Below, piece after piece: positions 46,751 to 58,764 of a DNA stretch of 64,000 bases. Where the stretch lies: NCBI RefSeq assembly GCF_026571515.1, contig NW_026860464.1, positions 372,001 to 436,000 of the forward strand. Reading direction: 5' to 3'. The first letter of the stretch is position 1; the number at the start of each line of letters is the position of its first letter. The notes under the pieces are model-generated. The model saw nothing but the letters and a program-made list of their open reading frames with translations, was not told the DNA's origin and did not search any database. Position numbers and translations under genes: made by a program. This DNA is from Ruditapes philippinarum. Taxonomy: Eukaryota.

Positions 46751-48297
46751 GACTTAGAAACACAGCTGCACTTTAATAGTCTAATTAGACATGCATTCAG
46801 TGTAAAAAATAAAATCATGGCAAAAGATTATACAAGAAGTTTCTATTGTTATTTCAAACATGCACATTTTAATTAAATGCCATCCCTAATATAATGTAAT
46901 TTCGGCATATTTCGCAATTTTCATATTAAATAAGGAGCAATGCAACACTTAACAGGCCATCTCTAAAGCCTCATGTTCAGAAAAAGTACTTAGTAATTTT
47001 TTATCAACTCACTTCAATTAGTAAAGTTGTTGACCCGGAATTTGACTAAGAAGCTTGGGATTTGCGGAGTTACTTCTTAAAATGACCAATGTAAACAATT
47101 CACATGAATTGCTATTTTCTTAACTCTAATTATTGTTCTAATGAAATAATTCATTTCTAAATGATTTGATTGAAAAAATACGTTTTTATTTATTTATTTA
47201 TTTATTTATTTATGGTATATTTTTTATTAACATAGCCCTTTTAAATGACTCATCGCTACTGAAATATCGCCCTAGCGCAAATATAATTATATTGATAGCA
47301 TTTTATGACTGCCCCACCCCGCAAAAGTCGTACGAATACGAATATGGAGTCTAAAAATTGCATGGTGGTCCAATATTTACCCATAGTGCAATCACTGACA
47401 ATTTCATAAATAGAGAAAGTCATACTTTGACATTTTTCCGCAAATTCAAAACTTCTGACACGTTTTTAGCAGCTATCATTTTTCGATATTTAACATGGAG
47501 GATCACAAATGCGTACAAAGCTATCACATTCTTTTAAAAATGCTGCTCATTTCCTACTCACAAACAAGAAAAGAAAAACAATCAAACAAACATATCAGAA
47601 GATTTCAAAACACCGTGTTAGAAATAATATTTCACCAGGGCCAAATAAACAATACGTCTAATTAATAATAGATGAAAAATTATTGATGTTAAGGTGATAC
47701 TTCATTCGGAACAGGTTGCCGACTACCCATCATCATTACTAGAAGATTAACGTAACAATTGACGAAAAATTCAAATTTAGTTATCTTATTCATAAGGATT
47801 ACAGGCCTAAATTAAAATCATTTGGTTTGCCTCTGACTTTTGCCACGTAACTATATTGAAAGCCTGTGGTCAATCCGTCACGCTTGCTTTGGAATGAACT
47901 TGTTATACAGTCGCTACACTGAGATAATACATAGCCACTGGTTGACCTGGTTTGCACAAAAGAACACGTGCTTATGTTTGTGAGCAGTAGACCTATATCA
48001 ATGAATGGAAAAGGTGTGGCTAAATGTTCCGCTACGAAAAACCGGAACGGTCCAAGAGTCCATATCTTTCAACTATTATAGCGTATATAGTTACCACTTG
48101 TTGATTGTGATTAAAGTTTTATTTCATGGATACAAAATTAACAAAAAGATTGAGATTTTACATCTATATATAAGTATGTGAACTTATCTTTTATTACATT
48201 TTTCTAATATTCTCTTTCAAGTTTGAGACAACGGAGCTAAGTCCGTATGTCATATTTGTGATATCATTTCAAGAGTTGTGTTTCTTCTATCATCCAA

Positions 48298-48386
48298 TAG
48301 ATAAATACAGAATCCCTAAAGAAAGCCCAACACGGCAAAATTGAAAATGTTGCAGGCTCGGTTTGATTGAGCCTGTTCATGGACGG
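48298..48386. other. 89-bp templated insertion, an inverted copy of 50354-50442, flanked by a 13-bp direct repeat
   Basis: TTCTATCATCCAA at 48285-48297 and 48387-48399; 86/89 identity to the reverse complement of 50354-50442. Confidence 0.85.
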
Positions 48387-48571
48387 TTCTATCATCCAAC
48401 ATTCGTTTTCATTTACTGTAAAGCAAACGCAATAACAATGCTTTGATAACAAAAACCTTTATTTATATATTTTTTAAGTAAAATACTTAGTAATACAACG
48501 CTAAACACATAGGCACAGAAGATCAAATAGTTTTTTAAGAAATTGTATTGTGCCGGCCAATGTCGTCTTTA

Positions 48572-50768
48572 AGCTACAGTCTCACTGACATCCCGGCAGA
48601 GCCCCGGTAGACGTCCGGGTGATCCGAGAACGACGGGGCACGACCGGGAACAGCCAGGGTACATCCGTAACTCTGCCGGCAACGTGCGGGATGATCAGGG
48701 AACATTCGGCATTCGACCCCGGATGGAATAAAATATTCAATATCACCGGGGTGGTCCGGGATGATCCGGGAGGTACATAGCTTTGCCGGCTTCATCCTTA
48801 ATTAGCTCTGCCGGGAACGACCGGGGTTACACCGGGGAAGCACCGTAGCTCTGTCGGCACTAACCGTTTATGATCCGGGGTATGATATAGCCGGTAGAGC
48901 TACGGCGTTGATGATCCGGATTATGATATAGCCGGTAGAGCTACGGTAGAGCCCTTGTGAATGCCGACAGAGCCCCGGTGAATGCCGGCAGAGTCCCGAA
49001 GGATGCCGGTAGATCCCCGGAGGATGACGATGGAGCTATGGTTGATCCCGGTAGAGCCCCGGCAAATCCCAGTTCATTTAAAGCTACCGTCACACTAACA
49101 TCCCGGCAGAGCCCCGGTAGACGTCCGGGGTGATCAGGGAACGACCGTGGAACCACCGGAGTACATCCGTAACTCTGCCGGAAACGTCCGGGATGATCTG
49201 GGAACATCCGGCATTCAACCCCGGATGGAATAAAATATTTAGTATCACCGGGGTGGTCCGGGAAGTACTTAGCTTTGCCGGCTTCATCCTTAGCTCTGCC
49301 TTGAACGACCGGGGTTACACCGGGGAAGCACCGTAGCTCTGCCGGGGATGATCCGGGGCATAATATAACCTGTAGAGCTACGGTAGAGCCCCGTTGAATG
49401 CTGGCAGAGCCCCGGTGAAGGCCGACAGAGCCCCGGAGGATGCCGCCAGAGCCATGGAAGATGAAGAGGGAGCTACAGTTGAGCCCGGTAGAGTCCAAGC
49501 AAAGCCCGGTTCATTTAAAAAGAATCACGACAATTTGCGATGATTTCACTTTAAAGCCCTTCCCATTTCCCTTTTATCCAGTCTTGCATAAGGATTTTCA
49601 TAAGTCATCATGAATTACTGTTTTGGATCAATAGATATAATATTAAATAAATTTTATGTATCAATGTAATCATTCTTGCGGGTTTTCAATCCACCGGGGT
49701 TCTACCGGGACTCTGCTGGATCGCCCTGGGCTCTGCCGGGGCTCTGCCTGGATCGACCGGGGCTCTGACTGAGTCAACCGGGGCTCTTCTGGCGTCATCC
49801 AGGAACGACCGGGGAAGCACCGGCATAAACCGTAGCTTCACCTGGGCTCTGCCTTGATGATCCGGAGCGCATCCTGGGTGGTTAGTCGGGAATTGCCATA
49901 GTGCTGACCGCAACAACAATTTCACCCCGGATCGTCCAAGATCATCCCGGTAACTTACCGGGGTGTTCCTGCGCTCTGCCGGGAGTAAGTGAGACCGCAG
50001 CTTAAAAAGAATCTCAACAATTGGCGATGATTGCAATAATTTGTATTAAAACCCTTCCAATTTCCCTTCTATCCAGTCTTTCATAAGGATTTTTCAGAAA
50101 ATCATCATGAATTACTATTCTTGAACAATAGATATTATATCAAAAACAAAATATGTATCAATGTTATCATTTTCGCGCGTTTTCATGGAATGGAATGGCA
50201 CTACTGTGTCACATTGAAGGTTCCATGATAACCGCCGTATGAACACATCTGCGGATGTTTCTAAATTCCAAATTTTACCATTTCATGTTTAAGTGTTGAA
50301 TTCTGCTTAAGCCGGTGCTAGGGGGCGTGGACGGTAACATGCACTTTCCAGTACTGTCCGTGAACAGGCTCAATCAAACCGAGCCTGCAACATTTTCAAT
50401 TTTGCCGTGTTGGGCTTTCTTTAGGGATTCTGAATTTATCTATTTCAATCCACCGGGGTTCTACCGTGGCTCTGCCTGGATCGTCCTGGGCTCTGCCTGG
50501 ATCGACCGGGGCTCTGCCTAGGTCAACCGGGGCTTTTTCGGCGTCAACCGGGAACGACCGGGGAAGGACAGGCACGAACCGTATCTTCACCTGGGCTCTG
50601 CCTTGATCCGGAGCGCATCCTGGGTGGTTAGTCGGGAATTGCCATAGTGCTGACCGCAACAATAATTTCACCCCGGATCGTCCCTGATCATCCCGGTAAC
50701 TTACCGGTAATCCCGGTAACTTACCGGCATGGTCAAGGGCTCTGCCGAGAGTAAGTGAAACCGCGGCT
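48572..50768. mobile_element. Non-autonomous PIF/Harbinger-type element, family H2, outer copy
   Basis: Imperfect TIR AGCTACAGTCTCACT..CCCGGCAGAGC / GCTCTGCCG..AGTGAAACCGCGGCT; TSD TTA both sides; CCCGG/CCGGG-rich subtermini. Confidence 0.85.
49082..50002. mobile_element. Non-autonomous PIF/Harbinger-type element, family H2, inner copy
   Basis: TIR AGCTACCGTCACACT.. / ..AGTGAGACCGCAGCT; TSD TAA (49079-49081, 50003-50005). Confidence 0.88.
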
Positions 50769-52414
50769 TTACGTACAGTCGACTCCGCCCAGAACAAACT
50801 CGAATCGTTCGTTACTTCCGAGGTTAACTTAATGCTTGTGTGGGCAAATTTGTCATCGAAAAGACATAACTTACCTGTGCAATCACTTGATTAAATAATT
50901 ATCAGATAGCGGTATTTTGTACGGTACTGATCTTTACTGGAGCGCATGACGATATTTCAATTATAAATAGTTTGTTTAACCGAGGAAATTAACGTGTTTT
51001 TCGCTGTTTAGACTTGAAAAATGGTTTGCTATAGCGGAAAGAGTACGTATTAAGCGATGTGTTTTAATATAACCTAAAAACGAATCGGCCGGGGATTTCC
51101 AGATTTAGTTTTCTATTAACGAGTATTCATTATAAGCGAGTCCGTAATAAGTGGAGTCGACGGTATTATACAAACTAAAATCTACATAAGTAAAAAAAAT
51201 AAACAGATCATAGAGCGGTTCTATAACGAAAGGAAAAGAAGGACTTAATAGAAAAGAAAAAACAACGCGTGAGAGATTCGCTCATCAAATGCATTTTGAA
51301 AGTTCGTTCCAAATGGATTCCGTTTTCTTCTTAAGCGAAATACCTCTATGTTCTTGTCATTGATGTATTGGGCTGTCTATCTAGTGTTCTATTTCGTTTA
51401 AATGTCATACGATTTTTTGTCACTTTATATGAAGGTTTCTGTCTTATATTCATTTAAAGACCGATATTTTAAAATATTTTGTTGCTCGGTTTTATAACAT
51501 TGTGTATGAAAGAAACATGTTCTGATTTAAAGGTACATTAGGTCTCAGAAATTCATATATCTTTTATTCTTCAGAAATGTCATAATGTTAAAATAATGAA
51601 TTAAGATCATGTTAGATGTTTAACAAATCAATGCAATATAGTTCAATTATAGTAAAATAGTATAATAAACTCTTACGTTTGTACGTTTGTCAAATTGCAA
51701 CATTTAATATCTGTTTAATATATCATCCTTTTAATTCTTGTTTTATCTCAATGTTTATTAACTTATTGACATTCTTTCTGACTTTCATCTCTTCCGACTT
51801 TGTATAAACTTATGCGCCCTTAAACAACAAAGGTTACGATCGATACACTTACATTTAAGATATTGTTTTAACTTTTTACTGAAACACAAATCATGCAATG
51901 TTTTCAAACAATCAAATTTAAAAGAATTTCTAATTTTATTTATTTACATGATTCCATTAAGCTTTCAGCAGTCTGTCAACAATATTACGTTTTTTTGACA
52001 GCACTTTACTTAAGAAAAGGACGGATCGTGATAAGATGTTTAAAGTATGAAACACTGATACCTTAATGGTATCTCGGGGGAACGTCAATTGTCTACCATC
52101 GTAAAAATTGTAATAAACGTAAAAGGGTCTTCCACTCTAGACTCTAGTGATGAGCCGTTTTTGAAGTAAACTGTCATTTTGTTTTCATTTTTCTTTCTTA
52201 TTTTTATTCATAAAACCAATTGATCATTCTTCCCATTAGAATATTGTGTGCTAGGCATAAAGTAATACATCTTTTTGATGCTTTGAAACACTGTAATTAA
52301 ATATAACGGTTCTTGATTTGTATTTGTAAAGTTTATGTTTGGAATTTATATCTGAGAAAATTAAAAAGAAAGATAGAGAGCATAGCGACGTCATTTGCTG
52401 CAAAGACACTTGAA

Positions 52415-52740
52415 TTTTTTTTTTTTTTTTTTAATGCGTTTATTTAAGGTCGCCGCCGGAAAGCCCATATGGGCGACCGTACACTCAAGTCGGGCCATCC
52501 TAGAGCGTCCCGTCGAGATTTTTTCGTCGGTTTTTTCCAGCTTTATTGGTGGAGGAAGACCCCAAGTGCCCCTTCGGGCATTATTTCCGGCACGAGCGAG
52601 CACCTGGGTAGAACCACCGACCTTCCGTAAGCCAGCTGGATGACTTCCTCACATGAAAGATTTCGACCCGAGTGAGGATCGAACCTACAGCGGTGAGGGA
52701 CCTGTGATCTCAAGTCAACGACCTTAGCCACGGAGGCCCC
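52415..52740 (-). mobile_element. tRNA-derived SINE (Deu/MD-type core, from recollection) with poly(A) tail
   Basis: Head ggggcctccgtggc..aggttcgatcc; core catccagctggcttacggaaggtcggtggttctacccaggtg; AATAAA then A18. Confidence 0.85.
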
Positions 52741-54893
52741 TAATTGAAATAAACAATATTTATAATAATATATCTCTTTTTGATGTTGTATGTGTACGGG
52801 GGTGCATGCGCATGCGCGTTTATTGAGAGTGCGTACGCATTTTGTTGATTTTTTTATATGAAAACAACGAAAACGTCTTTTGTGTCGCAAATCTAAAGAA
52901 ATATCCAATAGCAAAAATACACTTGAACAATGTCTAAGAATTCAATTACTGTAAGTTATTCAGTTATATTCAAAATAAGAAAGAAAATACAATATTTATT
53001 TCTTACATTACTACGTAATGAGTGTCGTTCAAAATATAATAACTACCTAATAACAGAAAGACTATCATTATTAACTAATATTTCAAAATCTCTCTTCATA
53101 ATTATTTTATAATTGAAAGAAATCGGAATTTCATTTTAAAATGTTCATATACTAACTTTTTTTGCTGTGAAAACAGATCCCGGTTTTTTTCCGAACCACT
53201 GATGTGACACCTGACCTTGGTAAATAAATTATTTGTTCTATTTCTATTGCTACTGCGTTAGTAACGCTAGTAAAGCAGTAGATTACGCCGAGAAGAAACA
53301 TGATATATTGCCGCTTTTTTTAAACTGTTTTTCTTGAATAAAGATGTCAGTAATAATGGATGTACACATTGAACCATACTTATTCAGTATTGACCGTTTA
53401 CTTGCACTTTTCTTTCTTTCATTATTTTTCTTTTCTTTTCATTTTTTGTCATTTAACCATCTGGAGGGGAATGGCTTCACAGTTTTATGACATCGCTTAT
53501 ATTGTTGTTGCTGTTGTTCGTTCACATTCTCTCTCGTGTCTTTCTAAGATTCTGATTTAAATATTGTTAAACCATCCATAAACTATGTCAATTAGGTAAT
53601 AGGACGTAAGGATCTTCATCAGCATATCTGGTCGTTAACTTCATATTTTCGAAAAAGGTTAGCTTAAAAGTGACATTATGCTCATCGTTTTGTTGTATAG
53701 TTGAACGGAATTTAAAAAAAAAATAACTATTTTAGCTGGGATTCAAACTCACCAAGCGTTGACAACCTTGTTATATAGATATTTCTACATGTACCTGCAA
53801 ATTTTACTTTTAAGTATAGAAACATACTGATTTGTTGCATGCAAGTAAGACGTTTTTTCCACCCCGAAACCATATGAATCGGTAAACATCGCCCAGTGTG
53901 GAGTCAATCGGAACGTTTTCGGCTATTATCTATAATAATAATCTCGGAGTTAACACGAACTGAAAGTAATTCTACCACGTGGTTTCGAATGTAAACAGAA
54001 ACAGATAGTGTTATCTTCAAAAAATGTAAAAAGAATCTATATATTTGATATCCAAGGGAAATAATTATAGTCTTTTTTGGTACAATTATGATTGAAAATA
54101 TGTCTGAGACCCATTTTTAATTTAAATATGCACACTGATGTACAATTTTAAACAAACCGACTTAATGTAAACAGATTGGCATTTTGTACTTTCGGTTTCT
54201 ACAACCATAATAATAATAAATACATATATAATGTATTGCTTGCTTTTGCATCATCTATGAATTCACTTATTTTAAGTGGAATTTTAGTTGGTATGTTTGA
54301 AATAAACTAGTCAATAACTCCCAGCATTAAATTACTGTTTGTTTAGACCGAAATACGTATCCGTTCTGTGTATTTATCCTATTGTGTTCGAGGTCCTTAT
54401 CCGAAGACTTACGAGAAGGGCCGAAAAGTTGCGATTGGTGTCGGATGATATCTTGATAAGTACGCTTGTGTCACGTGAGAAGGTGTTTTAATGTTACGTC
54501 ATAATTTGAAAGAATACCAATATGGCCACTCGCATTATCCGTTATGCAGTTTAGATTTGAAAAAGACAAATAAAGGGTCTGTAAAATTTAAATAAAGGGT
54601 CTGTAAAATATATAAACACCCCTACTATACAGTGGCTCTTTTCTGTTTACATGAAAGCCCCAACACTTCCGTTGTAGAGCCATCGACCAGACAAAGCTGA
54701 AAGAGGTAAAGACACCTTCTAAAAATATCCGTTTTCTAGAAATATGCTTGCTTTTCAAACATCGAATAATGCTGTGCCAGGTCAAACATTTTTCTGATCA
54801 TTATGTATGCAATTTCGATACGAAATATCACTAGAACTTTTACCAAATATAAACTTGACAATGTGTGTTTCTATTACGTTGGGTCACGTCTTT

Positions 54894-55098
54894 GGTTTAA
54901 ACATATTTATTTAAGCTCGATTGCGAAACAAGTTCTTGCAACTTATAATAATCACTTCCGAGTCCGCTTCCCGGAACCAACCAGTACTGGTGTCATATGA
55001 AGAAACATGGTCGCGACCCGAGTAGGGCTCGAACCCATGATCTCTGGGTTGAGAGGCAGACACCTTAACCACTAGGCCACCGCTCCTCTCACTAGTCA
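54894..55098 (-). mobile_element. tRNA-derived SINE (Meta-core-like) with TSD
   Basis: A box TGGCCTAGTGG, B box GGTTCGAGCC; 15-bp TSD TTG(G/A)GTCACGTCTTT at 54879-54893 and 55099-55113. Confidence 0.9.
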
Positions 55099-58000
55099 TT
55101 GAGTCACGTCTTTATTGATTTCAGCCCATTATCCTAACATTTTCTTTCAGCACAAAAAAAATCACAAAATTGGCACAAAATAAACAAAAAAAAAACATTT
55201 TTTCAAATGTGATCGGGCCAAGGACCTGGTGCTGGCGCCATCGATAATATTAAAGAGACCTGGCAAATGTGATAGAACCAACACAACCATTCAATAAACA
55301 GCTGATATTGAATGAGTGTAGGTTAAATACTGATTTTATTGCACGAGTTGAATTGATTTATATTATGCGAGCCTTTATACGTGCTTAACGCCACACTTCA
55401 ACATTGCATGAAAGTAAGTCTTTTATCAACTCATGAAATGTTGTCTATTTATAAATATTATTCGCCAATATTCCATAATATCGACACTAATTAAATCCAT
55501 CAGATTTGCTAGGGCTATTTCACTTTGCCGACGGCGCCAACACCTTGTCGATTGTTCGATCGATCACTTTTGAATGATATACTTTATCTTTAAACAATAT
55601 TTTGTGTTGAGCCAAAGGTGAGGTAGGCACAATGTCACATGCAAGATTTCGTATCGTAACTGCATTCCAAATGATGTGAAACGTGTTCTACGTGGCAAAG
55701 CATTCTTCGATTTTGAAAAAACAATCATGTTCTTTTAAAACATATATTTGTATTAAGTGTGTTTACCTTTTTCAGCTTTGTTTTGGTTGATGGCTCTGCA
55801 ACGGAAGTGTCGAGGGCTCTCTTTTAAACAGTTGAAATAGTGAGTATAGTTTAGCCTGACTTCTTTTTTCAAAACTTCCAAAAAATGAAGTAAAACTGTT
55901 AAGTAGGGGTGTATTTAAGGAAGGAGTTAAGAAGAAAAAACGAGACAGAAAGAAGTATTTGTTTTACTGATTGTGTATTAAAAAGTTTACGTGATAAAAA
56001 TTCAGTTAGAAATTCAGTGCAAGTATGCACCTTATTAGTTACATAGTAACACGTACTGTGCATAAAAATCATTTTCAATCTAATCAAACAAATTTTAGTT
56101 TTTTATCAATATATTTTTACAATGCTTAATAGACCATGGAGACACTAGACTATGTCGTGAAATTCAAACATTTTTACAAATATAAAATGAATAAACTCAT
56201 TATAACTGTTACCTTTGTTCTCAATGATATTATAATAATGTTTGGATTGGCCTTTAAAAAATGGCATTTCTATATTGTTACAATGTCAAATATATGGCAC
56301 ACAATATGAGATTTACAGGAAAATACTGCATGAGTTGTATTCTGTGTTTATACATTTTTTTCCTCCTTTTACGTGTATAATGCATGTACAAATAATGATC
56401 ATTTTGCTATTTATAGCAAGAATAAAATTGCCTGGAGTATCAAACTAACAGTAATTACTTGTCAAACAATGTAAAAGACATTCAAAATCTGTACAAACAC
56501 ATTGCTATTTATATTCTTTTGGTAACATCCTAAAATTCAATGATATTTTAATAAAAAATGTTAATTGTTACTTATCGCACATGACATATATGTAAACATG
56601 TATATTCTTCGTTCAACAAATTGTACACTTGGTTACCTAATAATTAATAATGTACATGTACTTGTGTACAATATTGGATCATTTGGTATCAAAATATGCA
56701 GAAATGTATAGACCTCACAATGATTTACTTTTAACAGAAACTTGATTATTATTAAAATTTTGGTTACGTGTAAACAACGGAAGAGTGAAAAGTACAAGTT
56801 GCAGAATTGTTAACTTTTATGTCTTGTTACATGTACGAGACCAGGATCTGTGGCGTCCATCTCGTCTAGTAATCAACACCAGACTACAAGAACGTATGAA
56901 CCTGACGAAAGTGTCATATGGAGTCGGCTGAACCGGTATTCCATTAAAATATTCAAGTATTTAAAGGCAAAAACGCATTAACAAAAAGCATATGCAACTT
57001 TTATGTTTTCGCTCTCAGCCACTTACTCGTAAAACATTTTTTATAAAAATCGAATTTCAATCAATTGCAAACTATCGTGAACATGTAATAAATATATTTT
57101 TGCAAATATTTGATACCAGATATGCTAACATTTTATTTAAATAAATATAAAAAAAATCCATGCAACCAAGTGCACACTTTCTTTTGCAAATGTGTATTTA
57201 ATAAGACACCAAAAAGTTTAAATGCAATTTTCAGAAAATCTAGTTTTGTGCATGCGCCACCTGCTGCATACGAAAATTACAAACGTCACTTTTTCGATAT
57301 GTGAACTATTGTATAAAGAGTCAAAGGTAGATTAACTGACCAATCTGTAGTATTTACCAATCACCTGTGACAATGCCCGCTGGTGAACTTGTAATTAAAT
57401 TTACTTAAACATTTTCTTAAAAACCTTTTCAGTTTTTTAACATGATATCTGATTGCTATTTGTTATCATTAACCGTAAGACACGCCAATGGTCATAAATG
57501 GAATTGTCACCAAGGAAGGAGAAATTGTTATCGGTCAACTTCAATCCTTTCAAATGTGTTTAGATATTTTGCAGCAATACGATACACTTGTCGAAATGCA
57601 AAATGTTTTATCGATATTGCAACAAATATAATGAATACAAAGAATATATTGAAACAATTATAATATAATTTCATAAAATAAGAAAAAAATATTATGAAGA
57701 AGGTGTGCATTTGCAATTAATTCTATATTTGTTTCTTTCTTTGTTACTTTCAAGAACAAAACAATAATATGTGAAGTGAAAATTGTTTACTCCATTATTT
57801 ACATTATCGATAAACATACGTTTCTTGATTGTGAAACCAATTCAATTAAAACTGAAAGCATATTATTCCCTATGCATTTACTTCTCAATCTCTTTCATTT
57901 AAAACTGAATTTAAAACTGTTATTATCAAATTTCGTAATCACGTCTTACTTGAAAATCTGTGCATCTGTATCAAGCAGCAATTCTAATGGATTACCTATC

Positions 58001-58764
58001 TACATTCATGTAGATTCTATTACAAATCATTAACAAAACTAAAACAACTAAAACAGTAGGGTCCTTACATTTGTGACGGTTTTTAAACATAGTCCATTTC
58101 ATGCTTTAAGACAAATAATGAAACATTTCATTGTGTGAATGTTTTAAAAGGCCATGACAATGTGGGTTCATCAATTTTCAAACGACTAACCAACATTTCA
58201 TTATCACGAAAAAGTACAAATACAGAACTTTTCATCACTTGCGTTGTACATATGACAAATAGGCAGACAGACAGATAGACGGATGAGAAATGGTGTTGAT
58301 TTATGTAATGGTATAGTGCTTGTTGATGTTGAATGCGATTACAGCCCCATTTATCACTGCCACAGTAGCTTCAATATATTTTGCATATTACTATTTCACC
58401 GTCATTATCGTCATTGCTGGCTTCAGTATAAAATTTTGATTAAAACCGCTTTTCTAAATATCTTATATCAAACTGGCGCCAAAATGCAGCAAACATTTTA
58501 TTTGTTGTCTCTTTTCGTGTGTCTCGCCTCATCAATCATACACAGGACATTTTTCACGTTTTTCACGTGATGTTTCTGTTGCCATAGACATCTCTTGTGA
58601 AGTGGGTTTTTTTGTAAACGATTTAATCTTTGAAAGTGAATGTATATTTCAATGGCTTTCCATCAACTGACTCATCCATCGTTCCTCCTTCATTCGACAT
58701 CACCTTAACTTTGCAAGACCCGTTTATCAAATTCCAAAAGCCCAAAAACATTTACAAAATAAGA

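Noticed and set aside
48574-50797. GC-rich ORFs of 65-185 aa
   Set aside because: Open frames arise from stop-poor CCCGG subterminal repeats of the H2 elements; low-complexity Pro/Gly/Arg translations.
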